From the NCBI GenBank assembly GCA_021325355.1, contig JAJPHI010000018.1, positions 193,617-257,616 on the forward strand: 64,000 nucleotides of DNA. The letters run 5' to 3'. Of this stretch, positions 10,316-18,388 are shown piece after piece. The stretch comes from Pseudomonadota bacterium (lineage in GTDB: Bacteria > Desulfobacterota > Binatia > Binatales > Binataceae). The position numbers and the translations under genes were made by a program. Position 1 is the first letter of the stretch. The number at the start of each line of letters is the position of its first letter. The notes below the pieces were generated by a model that made no database searches, was not told where the DNA came from, and saw nothing but the letters and a program-made list of their open reading frames with translations.

Positions 10316-11212
10316 TCAGGCCGCGTTCTCCTCCGAGAGCACGGTTTCCCTGGCGTAGATACGCGGACGGAACCATCCGTTGACGAAGTAGCCGTAGAGC
10401 AGATAAAGGTCAAATGCGATTACAGCTAACCAGATAAGGTAGGCATTGGGTGAAGATGCCAGTTTAAGCTCGATGACTGTCCGGGAGAGGCCGAAGCCGA
10501 TAATCCAGGCGTCGAAGCTCATGCAGATGCGGCGGAAGGTTTCGCTGGTCAGGCGGCGCAGGGCATAGGTGCCGAGCGGCAGACCGATCAGGAGGGCGGG
10601 AGCGATCGGCGCGACGAGTTCCAGGCTCCGGCGCGTGAACAGGCCGAGGGCGAAATAGGCGATCGCAGTGAAAGTCGTCTCAGCCACCCTGACGGTTCCC
10701 AAAGCCGCGCGAAATTCCTCCATCTCGAGGCCCTGATTGTTGAACAGCAGCGCGAGCGGCGGGCCCGAAATCGTGGTCGTGGCGTAGAGCGTGCCGACAC
10801 CGAGGCCGATGGGCGCGGCGGCGAAGCGTTCGGCGCGTAGGCGGCGGCGGAATCCTGCGGCCTGCAGGAGCACGAACGGCAGGATAACGATATAGGTCGC
10901 GAGCTTGAGCCATCCGCCATTGACGTGGCTGAGGAGATAACTGCCGAGCACAATGCCGGGCAGCAGGCCGATGAGGATTGGCAGCGTCCGGGCCTTGACG
11001 GCCGCAAAGCTGCGGCGGTTCAGAATCACCACCCAGGTATTGACCGCGAGCTCGACCAAGACCAGCGCGGGACTCAGGATGCGGTTGGAAAAGAACAGCA
11101 AGGCGACCGGTACCGTGAGGGAGGAAAAACCGTAACCCAGGGCGCCGTTGACCGTTGCGGCAAACAGGGCAATCGCAAAAAGGACCGCCGTTCCGGTATC
11201 GAGATGTATCAT
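10316..11212 (-). CDS. TauE/SafE (TSUP) family sulfur-compound transporter
   Basis: Polytopic membrane protein with NGALGYGFS and TTISGPP repeats typical of TSUP; adjacent to cysC-sat. Confidence 0.8.
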   Translation of the reverse strand: MIHLDTGTAVLFAIALFAATVNGALGYGFSSLTVPVALLFFSNRILSPALVLVELAVNTWVVILNRRSFAAVKARTLPILIGLLPGIVLGSYLLSHVNGGWLKLATYIVILPFVLLQAAGFRRRLRAERFAAAPIGLGVGTLYATTTISGPPLALLFNNQGLEMEEFRAALGTVRVAETTFTAIAYFALGLFTRRSLELVAPIAPALLIGLPLGTYALRRLTSETFRRICMSFDAWIIGFGLSRTVIELKLASSPNAYLIWLAVIAFDLYLLYGYFVNGWFRPRIYARETVLSEENAA

Positions 11213-11219
11213 TTAACTC

Positions 11220-11271
11220 TAGTATTTTAATGGACTAAAAAGAATTTAGACGATTGGTAAGCGTGGGTCAA
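11220..11271 (-). promoter_or_regulatory. putative sigma70 promoter of TauE gene with downstream palindrome
   Basis: Minus strand TTGACC(11271-11266)-17 nt-TAAATT(11248-11243); TAGT-N10-ACTA at 11220-11237 at the predicted start site. Confidence 0.5.
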
Positions 11272-11380
11272 TGGGAAAATTCGTGCGAGAAGCTGACTTA
11301 TTGCCAGCTTAATGAACGATTCAGAAAACTCGTCCGATCAGCGACCTGACAGGTTGTTTACAGCTTACTTGACGAATCAA

Positions 11381-12145
11381 CTAGACTTGCGTCTGTATCC
11401 GGGCGTCGAGCTCGGCCGGTGAGCCGACCACCGCCGCGCCGGCACGTTCAAGGCGGGCTCGCGCCTCCGCCGTTGGCGCGATACCGAGAAACCGCACCTG
11501 CGCGGCCGCGGCCGCCGCAAGATCGGTCACCGCGTCACCGACGAAGACCGCGTCGGCGGGCGCGGCTCCGCAGAGGTCAAGGGCGCGGCGAAGCGTGTCG
11601 GGGGCGGGTTTGAGCGGCAGCAGCGCGTCGCGCCCGACCATCGCCGAAACCGTGTCGTCGAGTTGATGGCGGGCGAGCCATGCCCGGACGGTACGCGACG
11701 AATTCGAGGTGACGATCGCGACCGTCCGTGCGGCCGCGCGGAGCCGCCGCAGGAGCGCGCTCGTGCCGACGAGGGCCGCCGCCGTGGCGGCGCCCCGCAG
11801 TTCATACGCTTCGATTATGGCCGAGGCGCGGCGGAGCAGTTCGCGCGGTTCGCGTGCGGCGAGGCCTTGGACGGCGAAGGGTCCGGGCGCGCCGTCGGAC
11901 GCCCCGCCGAGACGGCTGCGGAGAAGCTCGAAGAGGAGGAGATTGCCGCGTGGAACTTCATTGAAGAGCTCTTCCGGGACGCCCGACCGCCGCAGGTAGG
12001 CTTCGAGTTCGATACGGCTCGCGGCCCAATCGACGGTGGGCTCGAGGGCGACCAGGGTATTGTCGAAATCGAAGAGCCACACGCGCGCGGCGCGCCAATC
12101 TGGTGCCGAGCGGCTGGCCGCGGGGGTCATCGTGCGTTCGCTCAC
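11381..12145 (-). CDS. HAD-family hydrolase/phosphatase
   Basis: FDFDNTL, IVTSN, KPAPD, FVGDAVTD; GTGA overlap with upstream ThiF-like gene. Confidence 0.85.
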   Translation of the reverse strand: MSERTMTPAASRSAPDWRAARVWLFDFDNTLVALEPTVDWAASRIELEAYLRRSGVPEELFNEVPRGNLLLFELLRSRLGGASDGAPGPFAVQGLAAREPRELLRRASAIIEAYELRGAATAAALVGTSALLRRLRAAARTVAIVTSNSSRTVRAWLARHQLDDTVSAMVGRDALLPLKPAPDTLRRALDLCGAAPADAVFVGDAVTDLAAAAAAQVRFLGIAPTAEARARLERAGAAVVGSPAELDARIQTQV

Positions 12146-12732
12146 GCCGTGCGCGGGGCGGCGAGGCGCGCGGCGTAACCGTCGAAGTCGATCCGCCGGC
12201 CGGAATGGTCGGTGATACCGGCCAGGGTCTTCAGAATCTCGGTTGCCGCGACCATGGTGACCAGATCGCTAACCGCCGCGGGCCTCGTGAACGGCCGCAG
12301 CAGTTCGGGTGGAGGCGGCGTGTCGAGGATCGTGATTGCGGCCGGATGGTCGAGCCGGGTGATAATCGCCGAGTCAAATTGACCGCGCGCGCACAGCGCC
12401 TGGGCGAGAGCGCGGCTCGCCGCGCTGCCGATGAATAGCGCCGCGAGGTGCGCCGGACGTGGCGGCTCGTCGTCGGCGGTAATCGCGACGTCGGGATTGA
12501 GCGCGCGGGCGTGCGCGAGTATCCGCGCGCGATCGCCGCCGGGTTCTGCGGGCCGCAGCTCGAGACGGCCGACGCCGGCCCCGACCAGGTAGTAGAGAAC
12601 CGGCTCGAGGCGCTCGAGGTCGCCGGCGAGGAGCACGGTTGAGGCGAGCAGGCGCTGCTGAGCGACCCCGCCCATCTCGCCGACGATGAGCTGGCGGCTG
12701 TAGCGCTCGATCTGTTCGTGGGTCAACGCCAA
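12142..12732 (-). CDS. degenerate ThiF/MoeB-like protein (putative inactive adenylation subunit)
   Basis: Keeps EQIERYSRQL, QQRLLASTVL, YLVGAGVG, LNPDV, AATEILKTLAG; lacks GxGxxG, SNLxRQ, CxxC pairs and catalytic Cys; TTG start. Confidence 0.8.
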   Translation of the reverse strand: MALTHEQIERYSRQLIVGEMGGVAQQRLLASTVLLAGDLERLEPVLYYLVGAGVGRLELRPAEPGGDRARILAHARALNPDVAITADDEPPRPAHLAALFIGSAASRALAQALCARGQFDSAIITRLDHPAAITILDTPPPPELLRPFTRPAAVSDLVTMVAATEILKTLAGITDHSGRRIDFDGYAARLAAPRTA

Positions 12733-12747
12733 GGGGGACGGCCGCGG

Positions 12748-12993
12748 CTATTCGATGACGTTTTTTTCAATGGGCTCGACCGTGACGCCGGTCTGCCGGA
12801 GCCAAACGAGCGCGCGTTCGAGCTGATCGCGATTGCCTTCGAGCTCGACGGCCACCAGTCCCATATCCTCGGAGACGCTGGCGCCGCGGATATTGAACAC
12901 CAGGTCAAATTTCTTGACCAGATGGTAGAGAATCGGCTCCCGGATAAGGGCGCGGGGATAGCTCAGGTAGTAGCGTTCGCGGAGACGTTCCAC
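12748..12993 (-). CDS. stand-alone NIL (ACT-like) domain protein
   Basis: LSYPRALIREPILYHLVKKFDLVFNIRGASV...GLVAVELEG...GVTVEP matches the NIL pattern; GTG start at 12993 inferred. Confidence 0.85.
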   Translation of the reverse strand: MERLRERYYLSYPRALIREPILYHLVKKFDLVFNIRGASVSEDMGLVAVELEGNRDQLERALVWLRQTGVTVEPIEKNVIE

Positions 12994-14009
12994 CGGCTTA
13001 CCAATCGTTCTATCCGATCGCGTCGCCATTGCTGCCATCCAATCCACAGGTTAGTTGACAGATAACGATCGCCGAAATCGGCAAAAATGGTGACGACGCA
13101 GCCTTCACGCAGACTGCACGCCACCTTGAGCGCGGCGACCATTGCGGCTCCCGATGACTGGCCGACCAGGACGCCTTCGACCTGGCCGAGCGCATAGACC
13201 ATGTCGTAAGCGTCTTCGGTGCTGACGGCAATCTTGTCGTCGAGTTCGGCTTCGTTATAGATGCCGGGGACGATCGAGGTGGCCATGTGCTTGAGGCCTT
13301 CGAGTCCGTGCATCGCGTCGTCGGGCTCCATCCCGATTACCCGGATGGCGGGATTGCGGGATTTGAGGTAGCGCCCGGTGCCCATCACGGTGCCGCTGGT
13401 GCCGAGCCCGGCGACGAAATGGGTCACGGTGCCGCCGGTCTGACGCCAGATTTCGGGTCCGGTGGTTTGAAAATGGGCCAGCGGGTTCGCCGCGTTGTTA
13501 TATTGATCGGGCTTGAAGTAGCGGTCGGGATTTTCGGCGATGATCTTGCGGCATAGCAGGATGGCGCCGTCGGAACCTTCGAGCGGATCGGAATAGATGG
13601 GGCGGGCGCCGAAGGCCTCGATAATTTTCTTGCGCTCCTTGCTGACGTTGGCGGCCATCACCAGCTCGACCGGATAACCCAGCGCCGCTCCGACCATCGC
13701 GAGGGCGATACCGGTATTGCCCGAGGTCGAATCGATAATCACCTTGCCGGGCCGCAGATCGCCGCGCTCGAGCCCGATCTCGACCATCTTGCGCGCCGGC
13801 CGATCCTTGACCGAACCGCCGGGATTGAAGCCTTCGAGCTTGGCGAACACCCGCACCCCGGGACGGACGAGTCCTTCGGTCAGCCGGGTGATTTCGAGCA
13901 GCGGCGTGTTGCCGATAAGCTCGAGCACGCTCGACGCGCGCTGGATCGGCGTCGGTTCGGATCTAACGTCCGCCGGCGATTGCCGGGACGATCGAGATAT
14001 CGTCGCCAT
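12963..14009 (-). CDS. cysM: PLP-dependent cysteine synthase, CysM type (start uncertain; alternative GTG at 13928)
   Basis: IGNTPL, KLEGFNPGGSVKDR, STSGNTG, GLGTSGT, GQSSGAA, DFGDRYLS. Confidence 0.88.
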   Translation of the reverse strand: MATISRSSRQSPADVRSEPTPIQRASSVLELIGNTPLLEITRLTEGLVRPGVRVFAKLEGFNPGGSVKDRPARKMVEIGLERGDLRPGKVIIDSTSGNTGIALAMVGAALGYPVELVMAANVSKERKKIIEAFGARPIYSDPLEGSDGAILLCRKIIAENPDRYFKPDQYNNAANPLAHFQTTGPEIWRQTGGTVTHFVAGLGTSGTVMGTGRYLKSRNPAIRVIGMEPDDAMHGLEGLKHMATSIVPGIYNEAELDDKIAVSTEDAYDMVYALGQVEGVLVGQSSGAAMVAALKVACSLREGCVVTIFADFGDRYLSTNLWIGWQQWRRDRIERLVSRWNVSANATT

Positions 14010-14241
14010 CCTTGACCTTTGAATCGAGCGCGCTGAGGAAACGGATATCGTCGCCGTTCAGGTAGACATTGACGAAGCGGCGCAGCTCGCCCTTCTCGTC
14101 GAGCAGCCGTTCGCCGATCCCGGGATGACGCCGGTCGAGGTCCTGAATGACGGCCTTGATCGAGTCGCCCTCGGCGGCCACCTCGTCATTCCCGCCGGTA
14201 AAGCGCCGCAGCGGGGTCGGCACACGAACTTTAATTCCCAT
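13963..14241 (-). CDS. MoaD/ThiS/CysO-family ubiquitin-like sulfur carrier
   Basis: VRVPTPLRRFTGG, LRRFVNVYLNGDDIR, SIVPAIAGG plus one extra Arg. Confidence 0.93.
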   Translation of the reverse strand: MGIKVRVPTPLRRFTGGNDEVAAEGDSIKAVIQDLDRRHPGIGERLLDEKGELRRFVNVYLNGDDIRFLSALDSKVKDGDDISIVPAIAGGR

Positions 14242-14273
14242 TGCCCTGACCTTACCTCCTGAGCGCGGCCCGG

Positions 14274-15590
14274 CTAAGCGGCGCCGGCGAGCGGCCGCGC
14301 GGTGCCGTTGAGACGCTCGAACAAGGCGTCGAAGTCCTTGAGCCGCGCTTCGATTACATACGGCTGCGGCAGTCCCTGCGCAACCGCTTCGAGCGTCTTG
14401 TAGCCGTTGCCGGTAACCGCGACCACCACGGTTTCGTGGGGATCGATGCGCCGTTGGGCGACGAGCTTCATGGCGACGGCGAGGGTGGTACCACCAGCCG
14501 GTTCGGCAAAGATCCCCTCGCAGCGGGCCAGCAGGTTAATCGCCTCGATGATTTCCGGGTCGCTCGCGACTTCGCCCCATCCGCCCGATTCGCGCACGGC
14601 CCTGAGCACGTAAAAACCGTCGGCCGGGTTGCCGATCGCGATCGACTTGGCGATGGTATCAGGTTTGACCGGCGTAATCAGGTCGGTGCCCTTGTGCAGG
14701 GCGTTGATTACCGGCGCGGAGCCGGCGGCCTGGGCGCTGTGGACCTTGCAGGCGGAATCGTCGATGAGGCCGACCTCTTTAAGCTCCTTAAAGGCCTTGG
14801 CGACCTTGGGCAGGATGGTGCCGCCGGCCGTCGGAATCACGATATGGTCGGGCAGGCGCCAGCCGAGTTGCTCGGCGACTTCGAAGCCGTAGGTCTTGGC
14901 CCCTTCGGTGTAGTAGGGCCGCAGATTGATATTGACGAAGGCCCAACCGTACTTATCGGCAATTTCACTGCACAGTCGGTTGACGTCGTCATAGTTGCCG
15001 CGAATCGTGATGACGGAGGCGCCGTAGAGCGTCGAACCGACGATCTTGCCGGCCTCGACGCCCTCGGGCATGAAGATCACGCAATTGAGCCCGGCACGCG
15101 CGGCGTGCGCGGCGACGGCAGTGGCGAGATTGCCGGTCGAGGCGCAGGAGACGGTCTTGAAACCGAACTCGCGCGCCTTCGAGATGGCGACCGAGACCAC
15201 CCGATCCTTGTAGGAGAGCGTCGGATGGTTGACGGTGTCATCCTTGATGTAGAGCTCCTTGAGGCCGAGCTCGGCACCGAGGCGCGCGGCTTTGACCAAA
15301 GGGGTGAAGCCGGAGTGGGGACCGACCTGAGGTTCGCCGGCGACCGGCAACAGCTCGCGATAGCGCCAGAGGTTGCGCGGACGCGCTTCGATGAGGCTGC
15401 GCGAAACCGCGCGCCGCATCCGCGCATAGTCGTAGATGACTTCGAGCGGACCGAAGCACATTTCGCAGACGTGCAGCGGACTCAACGGATAGGTCTGACC
15501 GCATTCGCGGCATTTGAGGTCGGTAACGAAGGTCTCTTCTTGTGTCCGCACTTTCGCAGACTCCTTATTCAAGCGCTTGCGCGCTGTCAC
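14274..15590 (-). CDS. threonine synthase-like PLP enzyme (possible O-phosphohomoserine sulfhydrylase)
   Basis: N-terminal Zn ribbon CRECG..CEMCFGPL, HPTLSYKDR, ASTGNLA, SIAIGNPADG, FAEPAGG, TGNGYK; next to sulfur carrier under a SAM riboswitch. Confidence 0.85.
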   Translation of the reverse strand: MTARKRLNKESAKVRTQEETFVTDLKCRECGQTYPLSPLHVCEMCFGPLEVIYDYARMRRAVSRSLIEARPRNLWRYRELLPVAGEPQVGPHSGFTPLVKAARLGAELGLKELYIKDDTVNHPTLSYKDRVVSVAISKAREFGFKTVSCASTGNLATAVAAHAARAGLNCVIFMPEGVEAGKIVGSTLYGASVITIRGNYDDVNRLCSEIADKYGWAFVNINLRPYYTEGAKTYGFEVAEQLGWRLPDHIVIPTAGGTILPKVAKAFKELKEVGLIDDSACKVHSAQAAGSAPVINALHKGTDLITPVKPDTIAKSIAIGNPADGFYVLRAVRESGGWGEVASDPEIIEAINLLARCEGIFAEPAGGTTLAVAMKLVAQRRIDPHETVVVAVTGNGYKTLEAVAQGLPQPYVIEARLKDFDALFERLNGTARPLAGAA

Positions 15591-16291
15591 GATCCGAGCA
15601 CACGGGCGCCGTCAGGCGCGCGCCAATCACAGCGACATCCGGGACGGCGGCCGATTTCCGTTACGCGGATACGGCCGCGGCGGCCATCGTAGGTAAGCAT
15701 CTGACCGGCCAGTTCGAGCGCTTCGCCGCGCAGCCATCGGAGGGCCTCGGCGGCCTGGGTGATGCCGATCGCGCCGGCAACCGGACCGATGATTCCGGCG
15801 TCACGGCAGCTCGCGCTCTCGTCGGCGTCGGGCGGTTCCTCGAACAGGCAGCGCAGGCAGGCGGTGCGCCCGGGAACCACCGTCATCGTCTGGCCCGTCA
15901 TCCCGAGCACGCCGCCATAGGCGAACGGCGTGCCGGTCTCGATACAGACATCGTTAATCAGAAACTTGGTCGTCGGATTATCGACCGCGTCGATGACGAA
16001 GGTCGCGGCCGCAATCAGGGCGTGGGCGTTCGCCGAATCGAGCATCAGCCGATGCGTAACGACCTCGACGCCGGGAGCATTAGCCGCGAGCCATCGGGCC
16101 GCTGCCGCGACCTTCGGCTGACCGCGATCGGCGTCGCGATAGATGATCTGGCGGGGCAGGTTCGAGAGCTCGACCGGATCGGCATCGACCAGGGCAAGTT
16201 TGGCGCCGCCGCGAGCGAGGGTCATCAGGGCGGGCGCGCCAAGACCGCCGACGCCGACTACGAGTACGCTTTGCTTGACCGAATCGCTCAT
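15587..16291 (-). CDS. ThiF/MoeB-family adenylyltransferase lacking the N-terminal RYxRQ helix
   Basis: VVGVGGLG, DADPVELSNLPRQ, PKV, IDAVDN, CLRC, SC(catalytic)RDAGIIG, C-terminal CRC; starts MSDSVKQSVLVVG. Confidence 0.9.
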   Translation of the reverse strand: MSDSVKQSVLVVGVGGLGAPALMTLARGGAKLALVDADPVELSNLPRQIIYRDADRGQPKVAAAARWLAANAPGVEVVTHRLMLDSANAHALIAAATFVIDAVDNPTTKFLINDVCIETGTPFAYGGVLGMTGQTMTVVPGRTACLRCLFEEPPDADESASCRDAGIIGPVAGAIGITQAAEALRWLRGEALELAGQMLTYDGRRGRIRVTEIGRRPGCRCDWRAPDGARVLGS

Positions 16292-16320
16292 CTTCGTGCG
16301 CGGCGATCCGGAGCCCGAGT

Positions 16321-16358
16321 AAACGAAAACCCTCGCCCGAATGACAAGGACGAGGGTT
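16321..16358 (-). terminator. intrinsic terminator (riboswitch expression platform)
   Basis: Minus strand AACCCTCGTCC-ttgtcattc-GGGCGAGGGTT followed by TTCGTTT, directly 3' of the SAM-I aptamer. Confidence 0.8.
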
Positions 16359-16370
16359 CTGCAACTCTCG

Positions 16371-16488
16371 CCTTATCTTCCAAGACCTTTATCAAGGTCT
16401 CGCAGGATTTAGCACCAGCACCCCTTCGATAATTGGGGCCGGTTGCTGCGGCATCGTAGGGCCCGTCCCTCCGCCGCTCTGGATAAGG
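16371..16488 (-). ncRNA. SAM-I (S-box) riboswitch
   Basis: Minus strand CCTTATCCAGAGCGGCGGAGGGACGGGCCCTACGATGCCGCAGCAACC...GGTGCTAAATCCTGC...GGAAGATAAGG: P1 CTTATC/GATAAG, kink-turn P2, GCAACC, GTGC-AA-TCC consensus. Confidence 0.93.
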
Positions 16489-16504
16489 CCGCGATCTGGG
16501 GGTT

Positions 16505-16533
16505 AGCGTGCTACAAGCCGGCGGGGTTGTCAA
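16505..16533 (-). promoter_or_regulatory. putative sigma70 promoter of the SAM-riboswitch operon
   Basis: TTGACA(16533-16528)-17 nt-CACGCT(16510-16505), placing +1 about 10 nt before the aptamer. Confidence 0.55.
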
Positions 16534-16563
16534 CTCCCGACCGCGCGGTCAGGAGCGGTCAGA

Positions 16564-17232
16564 TCATCCGCCGCCGAGCTGCTGCTGCTTGGCTCTCAGT
16601 TCATTCAGCAACTGGTTGACGCCGTGATCCTGGATGACGCGGTCGAACTGCGCGCGATAGTTTTCGACCATGCTGACGCCGGAGAGGGCCACGTCATAGA
16701 CCAGCCATCCGGCCGCCTTATGTTCGAGCCGGAAGGTGATGGGATTGGAGCTGCGGTCGGGATTGGTCACGGTGCCGTCCACTTCGGCATAGCCGGGTGC
16801 GGAAAGCTCGGCCTTATCGACCGTGATATTGAGATCGACGTAATCCTGAATCCGGTCGAGATAGATCTGTTCGATGAAGCCCGTGAAGAGCGTGACGAAC
16901 TCCTGACGCTGGGTCGGGGTCAATTCGGACCAATGATCGCGGATCGTCGCCTGCGCCATCCAGGGTAAATCGAGGTCGCGCTCGGCGAGCCGTCGCAAGG
17001 CCGCGCGCCGTTGAGCGAGTGGCAGCGCGCGATTGTGCAGAATGGCCATCGCTTCGTTGAGCTCTGACCTGACCGCGGCCAGCGCCGATGCGGCGGTATC
17101 CGGCTGTGCCGATGCCGGCCAGGGCATCAAGGCGATAATCGCCAGAAGCAGAGCGGTGGCAAGCCGAGGCGGGTGGCGCAAAGCTCGGTACCTCCACCTT
17201 TCAGGAAACCGCGCTCCAGCAGAGTCAGTCAA
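16564..17232 (-). CDS. MlaC/Ttg2D/HpnM-family periplasmic lipid-binding protein
   Basis: Signal peptide; WSELTPTQRQEFVTLF, WLVYDVALSGVSMVENYRAQF. Confidence 0.85.
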   Translation of the reverse strand: MTDSAGARFPERWRYRALRHPPRLATALLLAIIALMPWPASAQPDTAASALAAVRSELNEAMAILHNRALPLAQRRAALRRLAERDLDLPWMAQATIRDHWSELTPTQRQEFVTLFTGFIEQIYLDRIQDYVDLNITVDKAELSAPGYAEVDGTVTNPDRSSNPITFRLEHKAAGWLVYDVALSGVSMVENYRAQFDRVIQDHGVNQLLNELRAKQQQLGGG

Positions 17233-17380
17233 TGGGTTAAGGCGACCGTTTGCCCGCGCTGCGCGCGGATTTGGTGCAGCTTGCCTTGCCGATCATGGGC
17301 CGGCGGTGCTTTAAGTGGGGCAGCAGCTCGTCGGCAGTTTCCGCGATGCGCCGAACGGGAGAGGGCAAAGGGAGGCTATC

Positions 17381-18277
17381 ATGCGCATTGGATTTATCGG
17401 ACTCGGCAACATGGGCGGCCCAATGGCGCTCAATCTGATCAAGGCCGGCCACATCGTGACGGTTCACGATATCCGCAAAAACATGGCCGAGGCGCATCTG
17501 GCGGGCGGGGCGAAATGGGCCGAGACGCCGGCTGATGCGGCCAAGGAAGCCGAGCTCGTGCTGACCTCCCTGCCGGGTCCGCGGGAAGTCGAGGCGGTCG
17601 CGATCGGCGGCGAAAACGGCATCATTCACGGGATCAGCAAAACCGCCGTATGGGCCGACCTTTCGACCAATTCACCAACGGTGATCCGCCGTCTGCACGG
17701 GATCTTTGCCGAAAAGGGCATCGCCGTGCTCGACGCTCCCGTAAGCGGCGGGGTACCGGGCGCGCGCAACGCCACGCTGGCGGTGATGGTCGGTGGTGAC
17801 GAACAGGTTTACCAGCGTATCAAGCCGGCGCTCGATGGTATCGGCGACAAGGTCTCGTACGTCGGCGCGATAGGTGCGGGCGCGGTGGCCAAGCTGGTGC
17901 ACAACATGATCGCTATCGGCAGCATGCAGCTTCTGGCCGAGGCCTTTACCATGGGCGTCAAGGCGGGCGTACCGGCGGAAGCGCTCTTCACCCAGGTGCA
18001 GAACGGCGCCTATGGGCAGGGAATGCTGCTGCGGGCGCTGCCGCGGATGATCTTCAAGGGCAACTTCGACCGGGTCAGCTTTGCGCTGAAACTGGCGCGC
18101 AAGGACCTCGGACTCGCCACCGAACTGGCGCGTGAGAATAACGTGCCGATGCCGCTGGCGAACCTGGTTGAACAGGATCTGCTGACGGCGCTCGCGCACG
18201 GCCTTGGCGAACTCGACTCGAGCGCTGCTTTCACGGTTCAGGAAGACCGGGCGGGCGTCAAGGTCAGGGCAAGCTGA
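17381..18277 (+). CDS. 3-hydroxyisobutyrate dehydrogenase-family NAD(P)-dependent oxidoreductase
   Basis: IGFIGLGNMGGPMA, DAPVSGG, KLVHN, KDLGLA; SD GGAGG before ATG 17381. Confidence 0.9.
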   Translation: MRIGFIGLGNMGGPMALNLIKAGHIVTVHDIRKNMAEAHLAGGAKWAETPADAAKEAELVLTSLPGPREVEAVAIGGENGIIHGISKTAVWADLSTNSPTVIRRLHGIFAEKGIAVLDAPVSGGVPGARNATLAVMVGGDEQVYQRIKPALDGIGDKVSYVGAIGAGAVAKLVHNMIAIGSMQLLAEAFTMGVKAGVPAEALFTQVQNGAYGQGMLLRALPRMIFKGNFDRVSFALKLARKDLGLATELARENNVPMPLANLVEQDLLTALAHGLGELDSSAAFTVQEDRAGVKVRAS

Positions 18278-18388
18278 GCGAGTGCGCGACCGCGCGCGGT
18301 GGTCGGCATGGTGGCCGGACCGTCGGCGACATCGGGTCGATTGTAAGCGGGGCTTTGGGCAACGGGGTTTCCAGACCAGGAGAGCATC

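Noticed and set aside
16288-16533. 81-aa ORF upstream of the MoeB-like gene
   Set aside because: Lies over the promoter, SAM-I aptamer and terminator; has no RYxRQ motif, so it is not a frameshifted MoeB N-terminus.
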